Source: Patescibacteria group bacterium
Lineage (GTDB): Bacteria > Patescibacteriota > Minisyncoccia > Phycocordibacterales > GCA-2747955
Reading direction: 5' to 3'
Assembly: GCA_048538215.1 (NCBI GenBank)
Contig: JBLYPV010000001.1
Coordinates: 333,499 to 397,498, forward strand
DNA length: 64,000 bases
The notes under the pieces are model-generated. The model worked only from the letters and a program-made list of their open reading frames with translations. It ran no database searches and was not told the DNA's origin. Shown here in pieces: positions 1 to 8,258 of the stretch (its first letter is position 1; every line of letters starts with the position of its first letter). A program made the translations under genes and the position numbers.

Positions 1-281
1 CAGTCGCTGACGATATTGATAAATTTCGTTTGTATCTTGCAGCCGACAAACTCTATCATTATGTCTGGCACACTTTTGCAGATGAGGTAATTGAAAGCAC
101 TAAAGAGTATACAGATCCCGAGACTCGATTACTTACTAACGACAATAAGAAGTATCTCTTACTCCATATTATGGAAGGCTTTCTTAAAGCACTTCATCCA
201 TTTATGCCATTTATAACAAGTGAAATTTGGAAAGATTTTCCTAAAGAAAATAAGAAGCTCTTGCTTGCAGAGCGCTGGTAA
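1..281 (+). CDS. valS: valine--tRNA ligase, C-terminal fragment (runs off window start)
   Basis: Anticodon-binding motif LYHYVWHTFAD...LKALHPFMPFITSEIW typical of ValRS; ileS is present elsewhere in the window. Confidence 0.8.
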   Translation, partial: VADDIDKFRLYLAADKLYHYVWHTFADEVIESTKEYTDPETRLLTNDNKKYLLLHIMEGFLKALHPFMPFITSEIWKDFPKENKKLLLAERW

Positions 282-285
282 AAAT

Positions 286-789
286 CTACATATGCTGACT
301 CTTTCTTTGTGAAGTCTTCGCATATTTCTCTACAAATGTTTTACCAATCCGCTGTGCCAAGATATTAATTTGCATATCCGAAAAATCGATACTCCCATCT
401 TCTTTATATCCTGTATAGACAACAATATCTGCTTTGGCGGACTCTTTCGAAGAATTGTTAGTAATATCAAGCGTTACAATATATGTATCACCCAGTGTGA
501 TAAAAGCATCTACGCCATGGTACACATCAAAGGCTGTCCCTAGTGAGGTATAGTATCGCATCTTGCCCGATAGATCTGGATATAATTCATTGAGGCGATT
601 AATTAATTTGGTTGCCGGAAGTGGTAGCGTTTGTGGTTGCATTCGTATTGCTTCTTTCTTTGCCTCCTCGTAAGTTTTGTATTGAATTTTTTTAGTATAG
701 CTACATTCTGATTGACCACAAAAAGCCCGCTCGATATCTTTGCCTGCTTTAATTCCTATATGATGTGGTTGGTATTTTTCAAATGGCAT
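286..789 (-). CDS. hypothetical protein
   Basis: 167-aa ORF fills the gap between valS and fba; D-x-YHGVDAF..TLDIT pattern, no family recognised with confidence. Confidence 0.65.
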   Translation of the reverse strand: MPFEKYQPHHIGIKAGKDIERAFCGQSECSYTKKIQYKTYEEAKKEAIRMQPQTLPLPATKLINRLNELYPDLSGKMRYYTSLGTAFDVYHGVDAFITLGDTYIVTLDITNNSSKESAKADIVVYTGYKEDGSIDFSDMQINILAQRIGKTFVEKYAKTSQRKSQHM

Positions 790-795
790 ATGTCT

Positions 796-1806
796 TTATA
801 ATTCCCCTCGCTCTGCTAAAGATTGCTTTTTAAGTAGCTCAAGATAGCATGTGCGCGCAGCGGGTAAATTGATATCTTCTCCTGCCCATATACTCACCGG
901 CTCACCCTGTACAGCTCGTGCAAAAGAAAAGCTTGTTTTGTTACGCATAAATTCACTTTGTGATTGTGAAATATGATTAAGAAAATTTACCGCCGTCTCT
1001 CCCGAAAGTCCCCCAGAGAGAAATACCACGCCACCAATATTCTTTGGAATTACTTCGGCGAGTAATTGTGCAGTCTTCTGCCCCACTTCCTCTGCGCTCG
1101 CCCACTCTTGGGCACTATAGCCTGAATGCACCATAGATGTTTTGAGAATTACTCCAGGAAGATACACTCCATAGCTACGCATAGTAGCAAAAAGATTTTC
1201 AAAGATACTGCACATTACAAGCTTTTTTTCTTCAATAGAATAATCCCCCTTAATGAGCACCTCTGGCTCTACGATAGGCACCACGCTGTGCCGTTGGCAG
1301 ATACCAGCATAGATTGCCATAATGACACTATTGGCCTCGATTGCGTGAGCACTGGGTGTCCCTAATTTTTTATCAATGATAAATGCGGTACGCCACTTGG
1401 CAAATCCAGCTCCGCCTTGCTTGTAAGCAATCATTCTCTCATCAAGCCCATCTAGGCCTTGGGTAAATTTTTCTGTATCTGTGCCAGGAAGTATCGCCAT
1501 TCCTCCATCTACTTTAACCCCTGGCACCATACCTTTATTTTTAATTTGCTCTACAAAGCTTTGCCCATCAAGATTATCTTGCCAAAAAGTCTCATCATGC
1601 AAAATTACTCCTGATAAATATTCTTCAATGCCGGAAGTGTTGATAAGCAAATCCCGAAAACGCCTACGATTCTCCGCTGTATTTTCCAATCCAATAGGAT
1701 CGAGTCGTTTGGGAGTAGATCGAGTAGATTCATCCGCTGCTAAAAGCCCTTTACCTGGGGTAAAAATTTGGTGAACAATTTTTTCTAATTCTTGATGATT
1801 ACTCAT
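796..1806 (-). CDS. fructose-bisphosphate aldolase, class I
   Basis: GKGLLAADES, GVILHDET, QGLDGL, FAKWR, VPIVEPEV, FLSGG, FSFARA motifs. Confidence 0.95.
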   Translation of the reverse strand: MSNHQELEKIVHQIFTPGKGLLAADESTRSTPKRLDPIGLENTAENRRRFRDLLINTSGIEEYLSGVILHDETFWQDNLDGQSFVEQIKNKGMVPGVKVDGGMAILPGTDTEKFTQGLDGLDERMIAYKQGGAGFAKWRTAFIIDKKLGTPSAHAIEANSVIMAIYAGICQRHSVVPIVEPEVLIKGDYSIEEKKLVMCSIFENLFATMRSYGVYLPGVILKTSMVHSGYSAQEWASAEEVGQKTAQLLAEVIPKNIGGVVFLSGGLSGETAVNFLNHISQSQSEFMRNKTSFSFARAVQGEPVSIWAGEDINLPAARTCYLELLKKQSLAERGEL

Positions 1807-1927
1807 ATATATTTTGTGATGTTATTATTTGTCCCCAACACTAGACTCCGCAGACATAATTAGCTCAAGAGTATCCTGAATTGATGGTACTGTATATTAT
1901 TGTACAGCTCAGTGGGCTTTATGCACC

Positions 1928-2362
1928 CTATCTCTGTGGATTATTATATATAGCTTGTAAGGCATACCGAGTAGCTTCTTGTACATTTCTAAACCTGTCT
2001 CCTCCAAGCTTGACGCCACCAAACCATCTCGTCACGCACACTACTGCATTGACCACTCGTTCTCCTTGCATCACCCGCAAGATTGTCTGTCCAGCCCCCG
2101 CTTCTCCATCATCATTTTTTGTTTCAATAATTTGCCCATTGCGACGAATACGAGCTGCATAAGTATTGTGAGTAGCTTTGGCATATTTTTTTTTCGATTT
2201 GAGCTTGGCCAAAAATAGCTTAATATCCGATTCATCCTCTATTCGACCAATAGATACTGAGTACTTGCTTCCCCTGTCACTTATTATTTTTTCATACAAT
2301 ACAAAGCCACTTTTTACTTCCCAATCATCTCCAAAATCAAATTGTGTATTTTGTTTGGCCAT
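1928..2362 (-). CDS. YigZ/IMPACT family protein
   Basis: ATHN..A.R, DDGE.GAG, VTRWFGGVKLGG motifs. Confidence 0.9.
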   Translation of the reverse strand: MAKQNTQFDFGDDWEVKSGFVLYEKIISDRGSKYSVSIGRIEDESDIKLFLAKLKSKKKYAKATHNTYAARIRRNGQIIETKNDDGEAGAGQTILRVMQGERVVNAVVCVTRWFGGVKLGGDRFRNVQEATRYALQAIYNNPQR

Positions 2363-2419
2363 ATATTATTGCGTCTACTTAGTCGTCATCCCGCGGCCCA
2401 AGAAAATGACACTAATGTG

Positions 2420-2482
2420 TGTCATCCTGGGGACTTGCAGATACGAGGCGGCAGCCAAAGTATCTGCAAGTAACCCGGGATC
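2420..2482. repeat. REP-like hairpin arm left of the DGR cassette
   Basis: tgtcatcctgg...acttgcagatac/gtatctgcaagt stem...aacccgggatc; 2420-2430 is the reverse complement of 5331-5341; 2472-2482 is directly repeated at 5221-5231. Confidence 0.6.
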
Positions 2483-2537
2483 AAAATAATTATAATCTCT
2501 TTTTCTAAATCATTATACAGTATCTTGAAAATATCAA

Positions 2538-3644
2538 TTAATCCAAGTGATTTTGCTCTGTTATGTATCTATCCAAAATTGTATTAATCAAGTTAAAACT
2601 ATTTGCATGACTAAAATGTCCTAAATAAGACTGCACCATGGGTTCGTTTGCATCACATGCAATACCTCTTCCCGAGTTTGTTTCAAATTGGTATAGTTTC
2701 TTTTTAAATCTTTTTACCACCTTTTGTCGTACCAATGTGTGAGTAGGCTTGAGATAATACCCCAAAAAATCGATTCCATTTTTTGTACATTGCAACTTAG
2801 TTTTATCTTCGCACAACCTTAGTTTCAGATTTCTTTTCAAAAATTGATTTATAAGGCTGATTGAATGAGCTAGTTTTTCATAATCTTCATCAAGTATTAC
2901 AAAATCATCTACATATCTTACATAACGATTAAAACCAAGATCTTCTTCAATAAAATAATCTAATTCATGTAAATAAACATTGGCAAAAAACTGACTAGTC
3001 AGGTTTCCAATTGGTAGACCTTTGTTTTGATTTCCCCATAAGAGTGATTTTTCTTGAGGTAATAGATCCTTTGTCCCCGTATGACCTTTAAAAATATAAT
3101 TACCTGCAGGATTATGAAACACTATCTTTCTAGCAATCCACGAAACTTCTTCTTTCCAAGTACTACCAGCCGCACTATCGTTAATACGCTTCTCTATTAA
3201 TTGCCATAGTATTTCTTTGTCTATACTACGAAAAAAACTTGTAATATCTAACTTTACATAATAAAGTCTCTTGCCATCAATACCGCCTCGTATTGTGTAC
3301 CACCGCAATTTTTTGACTGCCTTATGAGTACCCTTGCCTTTTCGGTTTGCGTATGAACTATCCAAAAAATTCTGTTCAAACAACATCTCAATTTCATTGC
3401 ACAATAAATGATGCACAATACGGTCTCGAAAATGAGCAGCGAATACTTCCCGTGGCGAAGGCTCGGTAACAATAAAGCAAACGTGTCTTGATATTTTATA
3501 TTTCCGACTCTTCAAATCAGCCAAGAGCGCACAGAGATTCTCCTCTCGCTTTATCTCAAATTTGCACACATTAACAGTATTCTTCTTGTGCTTTAAACAA
3601 TCTTGATACGCTTTGTATAATTTTTCAAAAGTAAATATTGTCAT
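2538..3644 (-). CDS. DGR reverse transcriptase
   Basis: FRDRIVHH, GKGTHKA, KLDI..FF.SI, GLPIGNLTSQ (DGR-type GxxxSQ), RYVDDF, GIDFLGY; start taken at ATG 3644 (MTIFTFEKLY) because the longer ORF overlaps the TR. Confidence 0.95.
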   Translation of the reverse strand: MTIFTFEKLYKAYQDCLKHKKNTVNVCKFEIKREENLCALLADLKSRKYKISRHVCFIVTEPSPREVFAAHFRDRIVHHLLCNEIEMLFEQNFLDSSYANRKGKGTHKAVKKLRWYTIRGGIDGKRLYYVKLDITSFFRSIDKEILWQLIEKRINDSAAGSTWKEEVSWIARKIVFHNPAGNYIFKGHTGTKDLLPQEKSLLWGNQNKGLPIGNLTSQFFANVYLHELDYFIEEDLGFNRYVRYVDDFVILDEDYEKLAHSISLINQFLKRNLKLRLCEDKTKLQCTKNGIDFLGYYLKPTHTLVRQKVVKRFKKKLYQFETNSGRGIACDANEPMVQSYLGHFSHANSFNLINTILDRYITEQNHLD

Positions 3645-3687
3645 AGCAGTGTCTTCAATCAAGCAAAGAACGTCAAAATAAAAAGTA

Positions 3688-3828
3688 CTAGTGGACGCAA
3701 CGAACATAATTGCCATTGCTCTTATCATTCCGGTTCACATTGCCGTTATTGAGGTTCGTTTGATATGCGTTCGTGGGCGCAGACGGCGACTCGACAGACG
3801 ACCAGTAATTGCTCGCCGTAAAGCCTGC
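3688..3828 (-). repeat. DGR template repeat (TR)
   Basis: 141 bp matching 4478-4618 except 10 mismatches, all A on the minus strand of this copy; contains 10 AAY codons in the VR frame. Confidence 0.97.
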
Positions 3829-3957
3829 ACATTTATTTCCTTCTGACTCAATCATGATAACAAACTATCCCTATTTGCTGTTTAGTTCAAATAGGAGCAG
3901 AAGGTGGCATTTTTTATCCACACTCTCTTATCAAACAGATAAGCGATTCTGGGAATA

Positions 3958-4317
3958 CTACTTTTTTTGTAGAAATTTCTTCCAATTCTTCGCTTGATTC
4001 AAGGCACTAACCACATTCTCTACTACAAAGGCATAGGCCTTCTTATTACCCAATTGTTCCAATTCATTGGCCACACGAGTGTATATCAACAACTTATTCA
4101 TCTCATTTTGTATAGCTGCTACATATTCTATTCTTTGGCTCTTGTCTCGACAATCACTAGCCTGATGTACCAACAACAAAGCATCTATAGGACATTCCAG
4201 CATCTTCTCTCCCAGCATATATTTATACTGTTTTGAAAATTTAGGAACTCTTTGATACAGATCCTTGAGTATAGACATGATGTCGTTATAAATAGGAAGT
4301 TCCGAGTGTGAAGCCAT
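3958..4317 (-). CDS. avd: DGR accessory variability determinant (Avd-like four-helix bundle)
   Basis: 119 aa from MASHSELPIY; LPIY...FSKQYKYMLG pattern, basic C-terminus, canonical position between target and TR. Confidence 0.85.
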   Translation of the reverse strand: MASHSELPIYNDIMSILKDLYQRVPKFSKQYKYMLGEKMLECPIDALLLVHQASDCRDKSQRIEYVAAIQNEMNKLLIYTRVANELEQLGNKKAYAFVVENVVSALNQAKNWKKFLQKK

Positions 4318-4414
4318 AAATATTAATACCTTACTTATACTGGGCTCTCGATACATATTTGGCTGTCGCCAAATTATGTACGAGAGCATGCGAAAATGTG
4401 TAATGACGGGTCAG

Positions 4415-4461
4415 TAGATTCCTCTCAGGCAGTCCCTGCGGGACTGCCTGAGAGGAATCTA
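4415..4461. promoter_or_regulatory. DGR cis-acting hairpin/cruciform downstream of VR
   Basis: Perfect 22-bp inverted repeat tagattcctctcaggcagtccc-TGC-gggactgcctgagaggaatcta (GCA loop on minus strand), 16 nt past the target stop. Confidence 0.85.
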
Positions 4462-4477
4462 GACCCTTTCCGAAATG

Positions 4478-4618
4478 CTAGTGGACGCAACGAACATAAT
4501 AGCCATTGCTCTTATCATACCGGTTCACAGTGCCGTTACCGAGGTGCGTAAGATATGCGTACGTGGGCGCAGACGGCGACTCGACAGACGACCAGTAATA
4601 GCTCGCCGTAAAGCCTGC
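4478..4618 (-). repeat. DGR variable repeat (VR)
   Basis: Aligns to TR at offset 790; codon changes N>Y x4, Q>L, N>H, N>G, N>T. Confidence 0.97.
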
Positions 4619-5122
4619 TGGTTTGGCGCTATCTATATCATATAGAGCTCGGAGCGCCGATGGTCCAGACAGGCGCTTGCCAGCACTCTGGCACGCACTG
4701 ACTGCGCTCGACCAATTCTGCGTGCCACCAGTATCTGCATCATCAAAGGTGAAGACACCGGTAGGATCAACAGCATAGTAGGTTTCATTGAGAGTTGCAG
4801 CCACGCCAAAGTCGATAGTGGCTAATTCGGCGCGGTAATCACTATAGGTATCAGTAGAGATCCAACAGGCAGCCCCGTCGCTCTTCTCATCCAAGGCTGT
4901 TACCATAGTTTGTACGTGGCTATCATTACAGAATCCTTCATAGGTTGAGTTGACACTATAGTAGACTGCTGCTTGGCGGTGGATGTTACTGAGAGATGAG
5001 CGGATACCAGCTTCTCTAGCATCCTCTCGTGCGCTGTTGAGTGAGGCCACGACTCCTAGTGAGAGAATACCAATGATAGCGATGACCACCAACAGTTCGA
5101 TGAGAGTAAATCCTTGCTTCAT
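4478..5122 (-). CDS. DGR target: type IV pilin-like protein with C-terminal CLec/DUF1566-like variable domain
   Basis: Start MKQGFTLIELLVVIAIIGIL (prepilin cleavage/methylation motif); C-terminal W..A...C....RL, YWSS, YVRCV; last 46 codons are the VR. Confidence 0.92.
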   Translation of the reverse strand: MKQGFTLIELLVVIAIIGILSLGVVASLNSAREDAREAGIRSSLSNIHRQAAVYYSVNSTYEGFCNDSHVQTMVTALDEKSDGAACWISTDTYSDYRAELATIDFGVAATLNETYYAVDPTGVFTFDDADTGGTQNWSSAVSACQSAGKRLSGPSALRALYDIDSAKPAGFTASYYWSSVESPSAPTYAYLTHLGNGTVNRYDKSNGYYVRCVH

Positions 5123-5220
5123 ATTCCTAATACTACCCCCCCCTGACAAAAAACAAGAGTCATCGTCCACATACATAAATTGGGCTGTTGGACAGCCCAA
5201 TTTTCAATTATAATTTTCAG

Positions 5221-5341
5221 AACCCGGGATCCAAGACTAGCCCTCGTACATTTAATTTAAAATATACGCTCGATTTACTTTTCTGGATCGCGCGATACCT
5301 CCCCTCACACACGAGACGTGTGAGGGGATTCCAGGATGACA
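5221..5341. repeat. REP-like hairpin arm right of the DGR cassette
   Basis: aacccgggatcca ... tggatc ... tcccctcacac/gtgtgagggga stem ... ccaggatgaca. Confidence 0.6.
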
Positions 5342-5348
5342 ATCCATA

Positions 5349-5822
5349 CTACTGTATAGTTTTATGTCCAATTTTACAAATAGCATCGAAGTAAGCTTTA
5401 CTAACTGGAAAGACTGATAATCGATTGCCTTTCTGCACAAGCTTCATATCAGCAAAACGCTTATCTTCTTTAATTTCCTGAAGGGTCACTACTCGTGGAA
5501 ATTTTTCTTCAAATTCTATATCTACCATATACCATATAGGACTATCAGCCGTATGCTTGGGGTCTGGATGAGCTGAGTGAGGATCTTCGGCAGTAAAATC
5601 AGGGTATCCTTCCTTTACCACTATGGCAACCCCCACCACTCCTGTATCCTTAGCAGAATTAGAATGATAAAAGAGCACCCTATCACCTTTTTTGATTTCA
5701 TCACGCATCATATTACGCACTTGATAATTGCGTGTACCATCCCAATGCTCTACCCCGTCCCGCTTTAGATCATCAATGCTATATTCGCTCGGCTCTGATT
5801 TGAATAGCCAATAGTGTCTCAT
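5349..5822 (-). CDS. EVE domain-containing protein
   Basis: YWLFKSEP, WDGTRNYQVRN, FYHSN, RLSVFPV; start at MRHYWL. Confidence 0.93.
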   Translation of the reverse strand: MRHYWLFKSEPSEYSIDDLKRDGVEHWDGTRNYQVRNMMRDEIKKGDRVLFYHSNSAKDTGVVGVAIVVKEGYPDFTAEDPHSAHPDPKHTADSPIWYMVDIEFEEKFPRVVTLQEIKEDKRFADMKLVQKGNRLSVFPVSKAYFDAICKIGHKTIQ

Positions 5823-5895
5823 TCTCTCAGTATAAGCCATTTGCCCACTGATGTACAAATTATCGATGTGCCGGTGTGGACCAATTATCAACTAA

Positions 5896-5945
5896 AACTA
5901 AAAGTAGTATTTATTTGCAGGTGCAAATAAATACTACTTTTAGTT
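5896..5945. repeat. palindromic repeat family copy 1
   Basis: 24-bp perfect arms around gg; 34-bp core gtagtatttatttgcaggtgcaaataaatactac identical to 17488-17521. Confidence 0.85.
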
Positions 5946-6047
5946 AGAAGCCACAAATATTAATGTTATTTCTTGAAAGAATTTTGTTAAAAATTTATTA
6001 ATCCTAACACTTTGCCTGTACAAGTTTGTACAAGCGATATCTTTGAT

Positions 6048-8108
6048 TTACATATCTATTTCTGCCAATTTTGCATTAGCTACAATAAATGCCTTGCGTG
6101 GTGCTACTTCAGTACCCATCAAAACATCAAAGACCTTGTCAGCTTCAGCTGCGTCATCAATAGTGACTTGCCGAAGAATTCGATTATTAATATCCATTGT
6201 GGTTTCATAGAGCTCATCAGCATCCATCTCACCCAATCCCTTGTAGCGTCCCACTGTCACCTTCTTGCCATCTTTTGTTTTCATCACACGCTTTTTTTCT
6301 GGCACAAAATCTCCATCTTCAGCATCCTCCTCAGCATCCTCCTCTTCCTCACTGAGTGCTAGCTCTTTATATAGCGCTTGAAGCTCTTCCTCGCTTTGTA
6401 GGTATCGTTTTTCTTTGCCTATTTCGACCTTGTAAAGTGGTGGGTTAGCTACATATAAATACCCTCCTTCTATGATTGGCTTGAAGTGGCGATAAAATAA
6501 GGTAAGCAAAAGTGTAGTAATGTGTTCTCCATCTACATCTGCATCGGTAGCAATAATAATTTTGTGATAACGAAGCTTTTCAATATCAAATGTGTCACCA
6601 ATGCCAGTACCAAAGGCAATTACCATATTCTTAATCTGTTCTGATGCGAGCATTTTATCGAGTCGAGCTCGCTCTACATTAAGCACCTTTCCTCGCAGGG
6701 GCAAAATTGCCTGAGTGCGTCGATCACGACCCGTCTTTGCCGAACCACCAGCTGAATCTCCCTCCACGATAAATAGCTCTGATTCTTCAGCAGATTTAGT
6801 CTGACAATCAGCAAGCTTACCCGGAAGGGTCAAGCCCTCGAGCGCTCCTTTACGCAAGACGCTATCCTTGGCTGCCTTGGCAGCAGCCCGAGCGCGCATA
6901 GCCAAAAGCCCCTTATTGATGATAGCTTTTGCATCGTCTGGATTTTCTTCCAAAAATTCTGCAAGTGCTTCACCAAAAGCAGACTCCACCATTCCCTTGG
7001 CTTCGGTAGATCCAAGCTTGCCTTTAGTTTGTCCTTCAAATTGTGGATCAGCTAAATGTACAGAAATGACGGCAGTAAGCCCCTCAAGTAAATCATCCCC
7101 CGTGAGAGACCCGTCTTTTTCTTTGATGAGGGTGTTCTTTTTAGCATAATTATTAACTACACGGGTGAGAGCCGTTTTAAATCCAGTAAGATGGAATCCT
7201 CCTTCTGGATTAGGAATATTATTCGCATAAGCACTAATGCGAGAAGAAATATCATCAGTATATTGAAGAGCCACCTCTACTGCCTCGCCACTTTCGGGAT
7301 TAGTGATTTGTTGAGTATAAAATATTTTTTTGCCAATCGTTTTTAATGGCTTATTAAGAAATCGTACAAGCGAAAGCAAGCCTCCTTCAAAATAAAAAGT
7401 TTGTGAAGGAGCATCGTATACTTCATCATATAAATAGATTACATCATCTGGTGGCACTATTCCTGATTCACGCAAATCAATACAATGAATGGTCAGCCCC
7501 TTCACAAGGTATGCTTGACCTCGCATATGTTGAACAAGCCACTTCCAGCTATAATTAATTTCAGGAAAAATCTCTGGATCCGCCTGAAAGGCTATGATGG
7601 TCCCCTGATGATCTGTCTTCCCCTTCTTTTTTACATCATCTTGCTTAATACCACGAGAATATTCTTGTATATAGCGACTGCCATCTTTATGCACGGCTGC
7701 CTGAGTCCACTCTGAAAGCGCATTTACAACAGATGCTCCCACGCCGTGTAAACCACCTGATATTTTGTATCCACCATCACCAAATTTACCTCCTGCGTGC
7801 AGGGTGGTCATAATTGTATCAAGTGCTGAAACGCCTGTTTTTTTGTGCTTATCTACAGGAATACCACGCCCATTATCCACCACACGCACAATATTGCCCG
7901 GTAGCAATGCCACCTCTATTCGATTAGCATATCCTGCCATTGCCTCATCGCGCGAATTATCAAAAATCTCACGAATAAGAGTGTGTAAGCCCTCTACCCC
8001 AGTAGATCCGATATACATTCCTGGGCGTTTACGCACTGGCTCTAAACCCTCTAGGATTGAGATTTGCTCAGCACCATATGCATCTTCTTGTTTCTTCTTT
8101 GCTGTCAT
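6048..8108 (-). CDS. gyrB: DNA gyrase subunit B
   Basis: LEGLEPVRKRPGMYIG, TLHAGGKF, GLHGVG, VEGDSAGG, PLRGK, DADVDG, RYKGLGEM. Confidence 0.93.
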   Translation of the reverse strand: MTAKKKQEDAYGAEQISILEGLEPVRKRPGMYIGSTGVEGLHTLIREIFDNSRDEAMAGYANRIEVALLPGNIVRVVDNGRGIPVDKHKKTGVSALDTIMTTLHAGGKFGDGGYKISGGLHGVGASVVNALSEWTQAAVHKDGSRYIQEYSRGIKQDDVKKKGKTDHQGTIIAFQADPEIFPEINYSWKWLVQHMRGQAYLVKGLTIHCIDLRESGIVPPDDVIYLYDEVYDAPSQTFYFEGGLLSLVRFLNKPLKTIGKKIFYTQQITNPESGEAVEVALQYTDDISSRISAYANNIPNPEGGFHLTGFKTALTRVVNNYAKKNTLIKEKDGSLTGDDLLEGLTAVISVHLADPQFEGQTKGKLGSTEAKGMVESAFGEALAEFLEENPDDAKAIINKGLLAMRARAAAKAAKDSVLRKGALEGLTLPGKLADCQTKSAEESELFIVEGDSAGGSAKTGRDRRTQAILPLRGKVLNVERARLDKMLASEQIKNMVIAFGTGIGDTFDIEKLRYHKIIIATDADVDGEHITTLLLTLFYRHFKPIIEGGYLYVANPPLYKVEIGKEKRYLQSEEELQALYKELALSEEEEDAEEDAEDGDFVPEKKRVMKTKDGKKVTVGRYKGLGEMDADELYETTMDINNRILRQVTIDDAAEADKVFDVLMGTEVAPRKAFIVANAKLAEIDM

Positions 8109-8258
8109 ATTGTTGTACTCTCGTTTTCAAATAAAATAGATACCGCTTGCGTATCTCCTCAATTATACCAAAAATCCACTCATTCTGCTTGTGTTTTTTG
8201 TGTAAAATCTTGATGCCCTTGCTATGGAATATAAGACCATCATGCTACAATCGGCGGT

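Noticed and set aside
2538-3728. RT as group II intron maturase or retron
   Set aside because: GNLTSQ motif, adjacent Avd and an adenine-only TR/VR pair indicate a DGR; no intron or msr/msd features seen.
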